This document shows positions 39,120 to 49,154 of a stretch of DNA of 64,000 nt, in pieces. Source of the DNA: a virus (lineage: Duplodnaviria > Caudoviricetes); IMG/VR virus record IMGVR_UViG_3300005841_000037, positions 611 to 64,610 of that record; one strand, given 5' to 3'. Each line of letters starts with the position of its first letter. The first letter of the stretch is position 1. The notes under the pieces were generated by a model. The model was given only the letters and a program-made list of their open reading frames with translations, had not been told where the DNA came from and ran no database searches. The position numbers and the translations under genes were made by a program.

Positions 39120-42100
39120 CTAACGTTGGTCGCTGAGGGCGATCGAGTCCCAGTAGCGGCGGCGCGGGCCCATCAGGGCCTGCACCAGGGCGGTCTTCGA
39201 CATGCTGGCCGCGCCGGGGATGCCTGCGTCCCGGGCCATCGCCTTGAGTCCGGCGAGGGTGTAGCCGTTCAGCAGCCGCTCGGCCGCGTCGTCGTTCGGG
39301 GCGACCCGGACTTGATACATGCCGTCGGTCTCGCCCTCGCGACGTGGCGGCAGATTGCCGCCGGTGGCCGTGCGCGGGTTGAACGCCTCGGTGCGCGGAG
39401 CCTGCGCGGGCCGGGAGCCAAACCGTCGCGGGGCCGCCGCCGACTGCAGCGGCAGACCGGCGTCGAGCAGGGCCTGGCGGGCCTCCGCGAGTTCACGCCG
39501 TGCGGCGCTCTCCCGCGGGCCGTTCAGGTTGTCGCCGTCGAGCCCGGCGACCCGATCGGCCGCCCGGGAGTACCGCTCGCGCAGCGACGCCTCGTCGACC
39601 GGCCCGGCCGGGCGCAATGGGGCCGCCTGGGGGCGGGCCGGGGCGGGCGCCGGGGCGCTCTCCCGCGGCGGCGCGTTCCGGAACGTCGCCGTCCGGGTGG
39701 CCGTGCCCTGCACGGTGCGGTCGTCCTTCACGTCGCCGACGATGACCTCGGTGGTCGAGCCGTCGGCCTTGTGAACGGTGAGCCGCTGGCCGGGCTGAAC
39801 GTCCCCCGCTGGGCCGATGATCATCCACTCGTCTCCGGCCCTGAAGTAGATCGTCTTGCCGGTCTTGACCTGGTCGAGGAGCCGCTGTGCGCGGGCGACC
39901 GCCGGGTTGCTGAGGTCCGGCTTGACCTCCGGCGTACGGGGCGGCCGCGGGAACTCGCGGTCGAGGGCCCGGTTGCTGGCCTGGATGGCGTCCTGCGCGG
40001 CGAGTCGCTCCGCCCCGGTGCGGGTGTCCCGGTCCCGGTCGGGGCCCTCGATGGCGCGGCGGGCAAGCTCCGCCTGACCGCGCTCCCACGCCCGCTGCCG
40101 GGCCGACACCGGGGCGGCGGGAGCCGCCGGGGCCGGGTTGCTGCCGGTCGACTCGGCGAGGATCTGCCACCCGGGCTTCTTTTCGGCCGCCGGGGCGGTC
40201 TTCGCCGCTTTTCCCGGACGCTCCCGGACCGCCTCGACGATGAGCCGCTTCGTCTCCGCCTTGTCGTACGGCCGGGGCACCTTCACCCCGAGATCCTTCG
40301 CAAGCTGCTTCAGCCCGGCGTCGGTGTAGCTGAGATTGGCCTCCGCGTCCTGACCTTCGGCCAGGTCGCGCTCGACGTTGCCGACGACCCGCTTGAAGAA
40401 GGCCTCCCGGTCGGCGACCCGGCGGGCCGCTTCGGCGTCCTTCTTGGCCTGGGCGGCCGCCTCCTTCTCCTCGGCGGTCGGCACGACCCTGGCGGGCTTC
40501 TCCGGGGCCTTCGCGATGCCCCCGACGGTCACGATCTGAGTACGCCGGTTGCGAACCTGGGCAGCCTCGTTCTGGCCACCCAGAGCGCCCTGCAACGACT
40601 GCGACCAGCGGGACACGTGGTGCGACTCGGCCGGTCCGGCGTCCAGATTGTCAGCCTGCTTACGCTGGCGAGCTGCCATGTCGCGATGGTTTTTGACCAT
40701 GTATGCCGGACCGTAGCGATCGAACCTGGTCTCTCCGACCTTATCGCCGTCGCCATACGCATAGTCGTAGCGGATGGTGTCCTTCGGGTCCGGGATGCCG
40801 TACTGACCTTCGTCACTGAGGTAGGTGCCGCCCCCGCCGTATCGACTACGGCGGGCGGTGCGCTGCACCGGCCCGAACCCGGGCAAGTAGTACTCGAACG
40901 GCGATGCTCCGTTCCGCTTATCGTTGTCGCTGCGGTTGGCGGTGCGGTGCTTCTCCAGCTTGGAGAAGTCGGATCCGGCGTCGACCCAGGCCTGCAACGC
41001 GTCAGCGAAGCGGTCGCTTTCGGTGGCCGAGGCGCGCAGGTCGCGGGCCTGGCCCCGGTGGTCCTCGGTGACGACCACGGCGTGTGTGTACGCCATCGTC
41101 TTCGAGGTGCGCTGCGCGGTGGTGCCGTCGGGCAGGGTAACCGTGGTGGTGCGACCCCGGCTCGACTCGGTAACGCCCAGCTGCGGCTCGCCGGTCGACT
41201 TGGCCTTCGCGGTCATGTTCGCCTCCGTGGTGGGGGAGTTGCTTGCCCCACCATTCTGCGAGTTGTCACGCGGTGTGTCAAGTCCGCGTTTGCGCAGCTC
41301 TGCAGTAGCCGCGTTGGACAGCGGCGACCCCGGCGCCGACTTGGCGATGTTGCGCAGCGTCGGCTCGTTGAGGCGCTCCAGCTCACCCGGCCGGGGCGTG
41401 TCGCTGGGTTTGGCGGTGCGGTCCAGGTCCACGTTCAGGATCGCGTTGTGGGCACGCTGGGCCGCCGCCTCCCGGGCGGCGTCACCTTTTGGGAGGTCGA
41501 TCCCCCTCCGCTTCGCCTCCGCCAGCAGCGCCTTGCCCTCCGGCGACTCGGTGCCGCGCATCTGGATGCCGTTGCGCACCTGGGCGTCGGTGAGGTTGGT
41601 GTATTTGGTGTCCGGCGCCGACTTCGCCCGGTCCCCGATGGCCTTCGCCAGGCCGTGCATCCGCTGCGACTTGGTCCCGGCGGGCAGCTTGACGCCCAGC
41701 ACCTTGGCCGCGGTGCTCATGTCGCCCAGGGTCACGCCGTGCTCGGCGTCGCGGGCCTCCATGACGGCCAGGGCCTCCGTCGGGGTGGCGTCCCGCAGGG
41801 CGGCGGCCAGGTGGCCTTCCCGGGCGGCCTTCATGCGGTCACCGGCGATCGCCTGGTTGCGCAGGTAGTCGACGCCCTTCTGGCGCTTCCACGACGCCGG
41901 GAAGCCTGCCAGACCGGCCGCGCGGGCGATCTGGTTGAGTTCGTCGATCGTGCCGTCGGCGGCGTAGCGGTCGCCCGCCTTGAGCCGGGCGGCCCGGCCC
42001 TCGATGGAGTTGTCGATCGGCGGCGGCGCCGTGTAGGTGAGTTCGCGCAGCTTGGCCTTCGCCCCGGCCACGTGGTCGGCGTCGACCTGACCCCGGATGG

Positions 42101-44651
42101 TGGCGCCATGGAAGCCGCTGCGGTTACTGGCGATCGTCCGGTTCTTGGTCTCACCGGAGTTGGCGACCTGACGCAGCTCGTCCAGCACAGTGCGCTGCCG
42201 GGTCTCCGGCAGGGCGTCGAACTGCTCCCGGGTCAGGTTCTTGTGCCGGTCGTAGCGGTCGGCCTGGGAGCCGACGCGCTTGCCGCTGGTCATGAGGCGG
42301 CCGCCCTGGCCGTCGCGGTCCCGCGGCGTCCAGCCGAGCTTCTTCGTGCCCCGGTCGGCGGGCAGATTGTCAAGGTCCAGCTGCCGGTTACGCGGCGGGG
42401 TGTGCTGCTGGTGCTGGCTCGACGGCTCACCGACCCCGGCCGGGTTGAGCTTCTTGGCCTTCGCGGCCGACAGTTCGGCGTCCTTGGCCTCCAGGAGGGC
42501 GGCGAGCTCGTCGTTGGACTTGCCGCGCCGCTCCCGGAGCGGGATCTGCTTCTGCCCGGCGAGGATGTTGAGGGTGGTGCGGTTCATGCCGCGGTAGTTC
42601 GCGGCACCGCCCTTGTCGGGGGTGGCGTTGAAGGTGTTGGCCCGGATGTTGGCCATGGTGCCGGATTCGGGGCCGTCGAGGCCGAGGGCCTCGCGGGCCT
42701 TCCGGGCCTTGATGGCGGCGTCGGCTTTCGCATAGCGCTGCTCGATCTCCGACTCGGACGGCCGGTCGTCTTCCAGGTTGCCGCCCTTGTGGAGGCGCCG
42801 GGGGGCGTCGGTAAGCAGGTCGGCCTTCGTCGCCAGGTCGGCCGGGTTCGGGTCGGGCGTCTGCTGCAGGGCAGGCTTCGGCGCAGCCTTCTTCGCCGGG
42901 GCCTTCTTGCCGCTGCGCGGGGTTGGCCGGATGTCGAGCGGCAGGGCCGCCCGCCGGTCGCGCTCAGCCTCGTACGCCTGGCGCTCCCGGGCCTGCTCCT
43001 CCAACCGGTTCGCGACCGCCTCAAACTGGTCGGCACGCTGCCGCAGCTTCGCCTGGCGACCATCGGTGTCGTAGCCCTTGCCGGGGCCGCCCATCAGGTT
43101 GTCGTTGTACTGCTGGCGGTCGTCGGCCAGCCTCCGGTTGGTCGCGGCAGCCTTGCGCAGGTCGGCAGCCGCCTCGGCGTGCGTCTTCTTCGGCGTGCCG
43201 AACCCGCCCGGCGTGGACGTGTCGCGGGCCGCCTGGTCCAGCGGCTTGAACGTCGAGTCCCGGGAAACCAGGGGGGGCTCATTCCAGCCACCAGCGTTGA
43301 GCATCGGCAGGCCCAGATCCTGCATCGCCGTGTGCACGTTCGGGCCGCCCACCTCATCGTGATGAGGCGTCACCACCTTGGCCAGGGCGGTCTTCATGGT
43401 CATATCGACGGACCGCGCCCCCTGCCCGGCCGAAAAGCGCGGCTTCTTGCCATCGGGATCGGTCAAGAACTGCGTCTGGATGTACCGGCCGTCCGGCGAT
43501 TTGAAGGTGATCAACCGATGCATCGGGCTCTGATCGGCGATCTGCCAGCCGTGCTGTTCCATCTGCTCGACGACCTTACGGGCCGTCGCGTTCTTGACCA
43601 GGCCTTCACCGGGGCCGCTGCCCAGCAGCTTGTCGTAGTTGGCGCGCTGCTCGTCGCTCAGCTTCGGCGTCATGGCAGCACGCTTCGTCTCGGCCGACGG
43701 GCGACCCCTCGTGGTGGTGGACACCCCGCTACCCTTACCGCTGACACGCGGCGTGTCAACCGGCTGGGGCTCGGCTTCCTCAGCGAAGTTCGTCTCGGCC
43801 AGGGGGCGGTTCGCCAGCGCCCGCGACTCCGCGAACGCCGGGTCGTCGAACGGGTTGGCACGCTTCGTCGCCGCACCGGTCGCCGCCGCCGTCTTCGCCT
43901 GCATCGCCAGCCGGTCGCGCTCCTGGTCCTCCTTCGACAGCTTCCGCGTGGCCAGGGGCGACTTCTGCGGGCCGCCGAGCAGCTGCCCCCACACCTCCCG
44001 GCCGGTCATCGAGCTGCCGTGGGCACCCTGGGCGCCACGCTCGTACTCATCCCGCGGGGGCCGCGGCACGCCGACGCCACGGTGCGACTCGGAGACGTTG
44101 CCGCCGTGCGACTCGGCGTCCGCCTTCAGGCTGGCCATCCGGCGCTTGATCATCTTTGCCTGGGCGCCGTCCGGGTCGAGTCCCTTCAGGCGGTCGGAGA
44201 GCTTCAGGTACTGGTCCCGGGCCTCGGCGTTGAGCTGTGCCGTCCCGGCGCGGGCATCACTGTCGGCCTTCAGGTCACGCGGATCCTCACCCTGCAGCGC
44301 CGTCATGGCGCGCTCGCGCGTCGCCGCGGTCTCCTTGGCGCTGCGCGGCGTCTTGCCACGGGTCGTGGACGCCGGGCGCCGGGCCGGACCCTCGACAGGC
44401 TGGTGCGGGGCGAGGTTCGTGCGCCGCTGCGGCGCGTGCGTAGCCAGCGCGGCCTCCGCCTTCGCGCCCCGGGCGATCCGCGGGCGACCCGGGTGGCCGG
44501 GTGCCGACGTGCCCGCCTTCAGGCCGTCGTCGGCGTTGCGGAACTTCTCCGCCGCCGCCCGCACCCACTCGGGGGAGCCCTTCCGGGCGAACCGGCCGTT
44601 GCTGGCCCGCGGGTGCTGCCACTCGCGGAAGATCCTCTTCGTGCGGGCCAC
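39120..44651 (-). CDS. giant 1843-aa mosaic protein in the head module
   Basis: Long ORF between portal and scaffold; N-terminal QHPRASNGRF; several HeH/Rho-N-like LxxxAxxxGI..K..L segments. Confidence 0.75.
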   Translation of the reverse strand: MARTKRIFREWQHPRASNGRFARKGSPEWVRAAAEKFRNADDGLKAGTSAPGHPGRPRIARGAKAEAALATHAPQRRTNLAPHQPVEGPARRPASTTRGKTPRSAKETAATRERAMTALQGEDPRDLKADSDARAGTAQLNAEARDQYLKLSDRLKGLDPDGAQAKMIKRRMASLKADAESHGGNVSESHRGVGVPRPPRDEYERGAQGAHGSSMTGREVWGQLLGGPQKSPLATRKLSKEDQERDRLAMQAKTAAATGAATKRANPFDDPAFAESRALANRPLAETNFAEEAEPQPVDTPRVSGKGSGVSTTTRGRPSAETKRAAMTPKLSDEQRANYDKLLGSGPGEGLVKNATARKVVEQMEQHGWQIADQSPMHRLITFKSPDGRYIQTQFLTDPDGKKPRFSAGQGARSVDMTMKTALAKVVTPHHDEVGGPNVHTAMQDLGLPMLNAGGWNEPPLVSRDSTFKPLDQAARDTSTPGGFGTPKKTHAEAAADLRKAAATNRRLADDRQQYNDNLMGGPGKGYDTDGRQAKLRQRADQFEAVANRLEEQARERQAYEAERDRRAALPLDIRPTPRSGKKAPAKKAAPKPALQQTPDPNPADLATKADLLTDAPRRLHKGGNLEDDRPSESEIEQRYAKADAAIKARKAREALGLDGPESGTMANIRANTFNATPDKGGAANYRGMNRTTLNILAGQKQIPLRERRGKSNDELAALLEAKDAELSAAKAKKLNPAGVGEPSSQHQQHTPPRNRQLDLDNLPADRGTKKLGWTPRDRDGQGGRLMTSGKRVGSQADRYDRHKNLTREQFDALPETRQRTVLDELRQVANSGETKNRTIASNRSGFHGATIRGQVDADHVAGAKAKLRELTYTAPPPIDNSIEGRAARLKAGDRYAADGTIDELNQIARAAGLAGFPASWKRQKGVDYLRNQAIAGDRMKAAREGHLAAALRDATPTEALAVMEARDAEHGVTLGDMSTAAKVLGVKLPAGTKSQRMHGLAKAIGDRAKSAPDTKYTNLTDAQVRNGIQMRGTESPEGKALLAEAKRRGIDLPKGDAAREAAAQRAHNAILNVDLDRTAKPSDTPRPGELERLNEPTLRNIAKSAPGSPLSNAATAELRKRGLDTPRDNSQNGGASNSPTTEANMTAKAKSTGEPQLGVTESSRGRTTTVTLPDGTTAQRTSKTMAYTHAVVVTEDHRGQARDLRASATESDRFADALQAWVDAGSDFSKLEKHRTANRSDNDKRNGASPFEYYLPGFGPVQRTARRSRYGGGGTYLSDEGQYGIPDPKDTIRYDYAYGDGDKVGETRFDRYGPAYMVKNHRDMAARQRKQADNLDAGPAESHHVSRWSQSLQGALGGQNEAAQVRNRRTQIVTVGGIAKAPEKPARVVPTAEEKEAAAQAKKDAEAARRVADREAFFKRVVGNVERDLAEGQDAEANLSYTDAGLKQLAKDLGVKVPRPYDKAETKRLIVEAVRERPGKAAKTAPAAEKKPGWQILAESTGSNPAPAAPAAPVSARQRAWERGQAELARRAIEGPDRDRDTRTGAERLAAQDAIQASNRALDREFPRPPRTPEVKPDLSNPAVARAQRLLDQVKTGKTIYFRAGDEWMIIGPAGDVQPGQRLTVHKADGSTTEVIVGDVKDDRTVQGTATRTATFRNAPPRESAPAPAPARPQAAPLRPAGPVDEASLRERYSRAADRVAGLDGDNLNGPRESAARRELAEARQALLDAGLPLQSAAAPRRFGSRPAQAPRTEAFNPRTATGGNLPPRREGETDGMYQVRVAPNDDAAERLLNGYTLAGLKAMARDAGIPGAASMSKTALVQALMGPRRRYWDSIALSDQR
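41253..41281 (-). promoter_or_regulatory. intragenic promoter/operator followed by RBS and in-frame ATG (41216)
   Basis: TTGACA-caccgcgtgacaactcg-CAGAAT..CCACCACGGAGGcgaacATG. Confidence 0.7.
43731..43759 (-). promoter_or_regulatory. second intragenic promoter/operator
   Basis: TTGACAcgccgcGTGTCAgcggtAAGGGT then GGGGTGTCCACCACCACGAGG leader. Confidence 0.55.
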
Positions 44652-44653
44652 GC

Positions 44654-45433
44654 CTACCGTCCCCCTCGCGTCTGCGCGATCTGCGCACTGACCTGCTGCA
44701 TCCAGCTGTCGACCTGCGTTCCCCGCGGTGTCCGGCGCAGCTGCTGCCGGGCCGTTTCCTGCCGGGTCCGGGCATGCTCGCGCCGCATCCTGGCAACGAA
44801 CACCTGCGCCCGCCCCTCATCGGAGGCCCGGGAGTCCGCGCGGGCGCCGTACCCGAAATCACCCTCGCGGGTACGTGCCGTCGCAGTATCCGGGTACCGC
44901 TGCGTTACATAACGCGCGTCGCTCAGCTCCGGCCGCCCCCGCATCTCACCCCGGCGCTTGGACACCACATCATCTTTGTGCTGCATCGAGGCGGCCCACT
45001 GGTGCGTGTATTTGCCGTTCATCCGCTCGCCGTAGCTGTTGAAGATCCGGCGGTCCTTGTCGACGAACGTGTACTGCGCCCCCATGTCACCGGGGTTGCG
45101 GCGCAGGCCGATCGTCTCCCGGTACATCTCGAACGCCTGATCGAGACGCACGGCCTCGTCGTGTTCCTCGTCGGTCCGGTCCCGGCCCTGGCCGCCCTGC
45201 TCCGGGGGCAACGGGATGCGCCACAGCCGCCGATGCTCGGCGGCCGCCTCGGCGTGACCCTCGGGGTGAAAGCTGTTGCTGCGCTTGAGGCCCTGGACGC
45301 GATCGGAGTCGAGCGTGCCGGAACGTCCCGAACGCTCCGCGAACGCGTCCATGTGCTCGGCCCATCGGGCAATGGCCGTGTCAGTGAACCGGCCATGCGT
45401 GTCACGCCGGTGTTTGCCTTCGTCCCAGGTCAC
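44654..45433 (-). CDS. hypothetical head-module protein
   Basis: GGAGG RBS; N-terminal WDEGKHRRDTHGRF. Confidence 0.7.
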   Translation of the reverse strand: MTWDEGKHRRDTHGRFTDTAIARWAEHMDAFAERSGRSGTLDSDRVQGLKRSNSFHPEGHAEAAAEHRRLWRIPLPPEQGGQGRDRTDEEHDEAVRLDQAFEMYRETIGLRRNPGDMGAQYTFVDKDRRIFNSYGERMNGKYTHQWAASMQHKDDVVSKRRGEMRGRPELSDARYVTQRYPDTATARTREGDFGYGARADSRASDEGRAQVFVARMRREHARTRQETARQQLRRTPRGTQVDSWMQQVSAQIAQTRGGR

Positions 45434-47616
45434 GCCTTACCTCCCTGCGTGCTGGATCCGGCCGCCGACGGCTTCGCCGGTGGTGCCGCCTTCACGGCCT
45501 TCTTCGGCGCGGCCGCCGCCTTCTTCGGCTGCGCCTTCGCCGGTGCCGCCTTGCCCGCGGTCTTCGCCGGGCGGGACGTCACCTTCTTCGGTGCCGCGCC
45601 CGGCGCCCCCGGCCCGCCCATGCCGCCCGGGGGAAGCACCGGCGGCGGGTCCCGGAACGTCGGCGCGGGCAGCGGATCGGCGTCCGGCTCCGCCTCGGCG
45701 GTGCCGTCGGCGAGGTTGCCGATGATGCGGCTGATGAACGCCTGCATCTGGTTGTCGCTGACAATCCCGGCGGTAACGCCCGAGGCCAGGGCCTGCACGG
45801 CGGTGCCGACCTCGCTGAGCAGCGTGATCCGCTGCTCCAGGGTCAGGCCGTCGTGTTCTTTCAGCCACGCGTCGATCTGGTCGTCGGGGTATCCGGCCTC
45901 GTTGAGCAGCACCTCACTGGGCACGCCCAGTTCGGCTTTCGCCTTGAGGACCTGGAGGCCGTTGAGGTCGTTGATCGGCGCCGCGGGCTTCCACCGGACG
46001 TCGACGGCCACACCGTCGATGCCGAGCATGCGCAACGCCAGCTCGTAGGCGTCCTGCCACTCCGGGTCGTAGCGGCTCTGCCGGTCCTCGATGATCGAGT
46101 TCCGCCCGGCGTTCATCTCCCGGGCCGCCTCACCCGACGGCATGTCCGTGGTGTTCTTCGTGAACGCGTACAGCGGCTGCCCGGTCAGCTCGGCCATCGA
46201 CTTGATGAACCGGTCGAGGGGCTTCATGAACGTGTCCGGGTCGGCCGCGGAGTACTGGCCGGTGGACTTGCCGAACATGCGCCACACGCTGCCCGGGTCG
46301 GACTTCAGCCCGGACGTGCCACCTTCGCCTTCCGGGTCGTCGTCCTCGTCCTCCGGGTGGTCGGGGTCGAGGTCGTTGTACAACGGATCGTCGATCTTCG
46401 GATCGACCATGACGTACCGCTGCGGGAAGCCCTGGTACTCGATGACCCCGGCGTACGACCAGATCAGCTTGTTGATCAGCGTCTGCGGGCCGTAGGCACC
46501 GACGTGTTCGGGCTGGCCGCACGGCACGTCGTTGCGGAAGTGGAACCAGGTCAAGCCCCACTTCGCGACGATCGTGTCGTCGCCGACGATCTTGTCGACG
46601 GCCGCCTGGTCGTAGGCGCCAGACCGGGGCGGGAATGCCTCTTCGGCCTCGTCGTCGAGGCCTTCCTCCAGCTCGTCGGGGTCGGAGAATTCGTCGGCGG
46701 CCACCTCGGCCATGTCGGCGATGTCCCGGGCCTCGGTGAGCCGGTGCCACGAGCCGGGCAGGGTCGGCGGGTCGCCGGGCTCCGTCACCCAGCGTTCGAC
46801 GCGGCCCTCACCTTGGGTGATCTGGCCTTTCGGGTCGATCTGCAGCGGCCCCGGGTAGTAGAGGTTCGCCCGGTAGACGAGCTTCCGGCCCTGCGCGGTC
46901 AGGCCGTCTTCGCCGAAGTCGCTCGGGGTCTCCCACGACTTGATCACGTAGGCCACGCGCAGCGGGTCTTCGGGGTCGTACATGAAGGCGACGTTGTGGG
47001 CGGTGTTGACCCGGAAGTCGACGCTGACGACCTTGCCCGCGTCGTCTTCGACGGGCCACAGGAGCAGGAACGCCTCACCGTGCTTCGAGACGGTCTTGTG
47101 CAGGGCCTTCTCGTACACGTCCAGGCGGTTGTTGTGCCGGATGAGCTTGACGGCCGCCTCAGCGCGCTGCAGGGCCTCTTCGTCGGCGGAGGCCTCGTCG
47201 TCGTCCTCGTCGTCGGTCGGCTCGTCCTCGTCGGTGACGGGGGCGACCTTGACCGCGGCGATCTGCAGCCGGTTGGCGATCTCGTCGACGGGGATCCGGG
47301 CGTAGTTGAAGTCCTGGACGTCGTCTTCGGCGACGCCCTGCTTCAGCAGCAGCTTCCGCACCTGCTGGGAGGCGTAGACCATGCCGACTTCGCCGTCGTA
47401 GTACTCGTCGGCGATGTCGGCCCGGGTCCGCTGCTCCTGCAGCACGGCGAGGCCTTCGATGATGTCGCGGCGGGCAAGCCGGTCACGTTCGGCGCTGGCC
47501 GGGCTGGCAAGGCGGCGGATGAACGGGTCGTTGGCGAAGTCCGACCCACGCCCGGCGCCCGCGGTCGGAAAGGTGTGCGCCGGGGTGTTCGTCCGGGGCC
47601 TGGCCGGTGCCGCCAT
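45430..47616 (-). CDS. portal protein (SPP1 gp6-like)
   Basis: ADEYYDG, NYARIPVD..ANRL, WFHFRN..G.PEH, QGFPQRY, PSGEA. Confidence 0.88.
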   Translation of the reverse strand: MAAPARPRTNTPAHTFPTAGAGRGSDFANDPFIRRLASPASAERDRLARRDIIEGLAVLQEQRTRADIADEYYDGEVGMVYASQQVRKLLLKQGVAEDDVQDFNYARIPVDEIANRLQIAAVKVAPVTDEDEPTDDEDDDEASADEEALQRAEAAVKLIRHNNRLDVYEKALHKTVSKHGEAFLLLWPVEDDAGKVVSVDFRVNTAHNVAFMYDPEDPLRVAYVIKSWETPSDFGEDGLTAQGRKLVYRANLYYPGPLQIDPKGQITQGEGRVERWVTEPGDPPTLPGSWHRLTEARDIADMAEVAADEFSDPDELEEGLDDEAEEAFPPRSGAYDQAAVDKIVGDDTIVAKWGLTWFHFRNDVPCGQPEHVGAYGPQTLINKLIWSYAGVIEYQGFPQRYVMVDPKIDDPLYNDLDPDHPEDEDDDPEGEGGTSGLKSDPGSVWRMFGKSTGQYSAADPDTFMKPLDRFIKSMAELTGQPLYAFTKNTTDMPSGEAAREMNAGRNSIIEDRQSRYDPEWQDAYELALRMLGIDGVAVDVRWKPAAPINDLNGLQVLKAKAELGVPSEVLLNEAGYPDDQIDAWLKEHDGLTLEQRITLLSEVGTAVQALASGVTAGIVSDNQMQAFISRIIGNLADGTAEAEPDADPLPAPTFRDPPPVLPPGGMGGPGAPGAAPKKVTSRPAKTAGKAAPAKAQPKKAAAAPKKAVKAAPPAKPSAAGSSTQGGKA

Positions 47617-47715
47617 GAAAAACTCCCGCCGGGCTGGACGTTATGGACGCCCATATGCTACGGCGGGAGATCACTTAGTACAACCGTACGAACTGGGGAA
47701 ACGTACCGCCCCAGG

Positions 47716-48060
47716 TCAGCCGACGAGCGGCCAGGCGGCCCAGTAGCCGAATTCGGATGCCACCCCGGCCTCCTCGGTGTCACAGAACCGCACGTATTCG
47801 TGCCGGGTGGTGATGTCCTCGGCGACGTCACGGTCGACGGTGAGGAACGCGTCATCGTCGACGCTGACGACGGTACCGGTGGCCCGGTACGGGCTGTCCA
47901 TCGGCGGGCGCATGGTGACCTTGTCACCGGGCTGCGGTTCCACCGTTGCAGTGTAGGTGCCGCATCCGGCGTTGAGGTCGTCGGCGTGGGCGGGGACGGT
48001 GGGGGCGAGCAACGCGGCGGCGACCGCGAGGGGCGCGAACACCCGGTACAGCTTGATCAT
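47716..48060 (-). CDS. secreted hypothetical protein
   Basis: AAGGAG RBS; signal peptide ending AHA. Confidence 0.65.
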   Translation of the reverse strand: MIKLYRVFAPLAVAAALLAPTVPAHADDLNAGCGTYTATVEPQPGDKVTMRPPMDSPYRATGTVVSVDDDAFLTVDRDVAEDITTRHEYVRFCDTEEAGVASEFGYWAAWPLVG

Positions 48061-48161
48061 TGAGGCTCCTTGGTGGTTGGTTACCTCATAGTAACCCCGT
48101 TTGTCACGCCGTGTGTCGATCCTTGCCGGGTGTCAACGTTCGCCATGGGTGCAAACAGACG

Positions 48162-48188
48162 GAACCCCGGCCGGTGGCCGGGGTTCCT
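48162..48188 (-). terminator. hairpin terminator
   Basis: GGAACCCCGGCC-N3-GGCCGGGGTTCC. Confidence 0.6.
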
Positions 48189-48199
48189 GGGGTGGTGCG

Positions 48200-48715
48200 T
48201 TACTGCGCGGTGGTCGTCTGGCAGGCCGCGATGTACGGCGGGCCACCGCCGGGACTGGACGAGTGCACGTGGTCGATGACCGGCGGGTTGTTGCCGTCGG
48301 TGATCGAGCAGTACCCGTCTTTGCTGCCCGCCTTTTCCAGCTCGAAGTGCAGGCTGATGGTCAGTTTGTTCTTGGCCGGGTAGGAGACGCTGTGCTTCCA
48401 GCCGCCCGCGGCGACCGGGATGTGCGGCGGATAGACCCCGCCGTCGTATTTGCCGCCGGTGATGCTGAGGTACACGTCGTAAGGACCAAACCGAGACTCA
48501 ACGAACGTCTGCAGGATGAAACAGCGCTGGTTCGGGTCCGTGAACTCAATGTCGGGGCACGTTGGCGCCTTATTCGGGTTCTGCGGGCCGGGCTGGCCGC
48601 CGTCGACCGGCGGCGGGAAGTCCCGGGGCCCTTCGGCTACGGGCGGCTCGGCGGGGCAGGCCAGCAGGAACGGAACCAGGACCGCGGCCAGCCCGATCGG
48701 CCACGCGCGCCGCAC
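48200..48715 (-). CDS. putative lipoprotein
   Basis: Hydrophobic leader ending LLAC (lipobox). Confidence 0.65.
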   Translation of the reverse strand: MRRAWPIGLAAVLVPFLLACPAEPPVAEGPRDFPPPVDGGQPGPQNPNKAPTCPDIEFTDPNQRCFILQTFVESRFGPYDVYLSITGGKYDGGVYPPHIPVAAGGWKHSVSYPAKNKLTISLHFELEKAGSKDGYCSITDGNNPPVIDHVHSSSPGGGPPYIAACQTTTAQ

Positions 48716-48903
48716 TACAGGACCGCCCGGACAGCCTCGATCGCCCCGTATCCGGCGGCGAGGAGGGTGCCGAGGGCACCGAACACGATGAGGCCACAGA
48801 TGCCGCCGCCGCTGCTCCCGCTCCTCTTGTGCGCCGGGCGGCTGCCCCGGCCGTATCCGTCGCGGTTGCCGCCGCCCCGGCGGTGATCGCCCTTGTTGCC
48901 CAT
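48715..48903 (-). CDS. small basic membrane protein
   Basis: AAGGAGG RBS; C-terminal TM. Confidence 0.65.
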   Translation of the reverse strand: MGNKGDHRRGGGNRDGYGRGSRPAHKRSGSSGGGICGLIVFGALGTLLAAGYGAIEAVRAVL

Positions 48904-48933
48904 GTGGGCCTCCTTCGTGGTGGGTGAGGCTTC

Positions 48934-48963
48934 ACCCTATCACACTGTCACATGGTGTGACAA
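48934..48963 (-). promoter_or_regulatory. phage promoter/operator
   Basis: TTGTCA-caccatgtgacagtgtga-TAGGGT; perfect TGTCACA-cca-TGTGACA dyad. Confidence 0.75.
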
Positions 48964-48972
48964 CTCAATGTC

Positions 48973-49151
48973 GCTGGCCGGGGCAGATGTCTGATGGGTT
49001 TCGCTTCTGGCTCGGCCCCGGCCAGCAGTTTTGGGGCCCGCCGCCGCGGCTCACCCTGGGGTTTCACGGAAACTCCGGCGACGGCGGGCAGTTCAGGACC
49101 GGCCGGGGCGGTCGGTCATGGGATCTCGTTCGCTCGATGGCCCCGGCCGGT
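48973..49151 (-). ncRNA. TIGR-type stem-loop array, units 13-15
   Basis: 3 x stem-CCR-9nt-YGNNNNCCN-9nt-YG-stem. Confidence 0.85.
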
Positions 49152-49154
49152 GGT

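Noticed and set aside
39111-44912. 1933-aa ORF on + strand (and similar long antisense ORFs)
   Set aside because: Antisense shadow of high-GC coding sequence; no RBS or motifs
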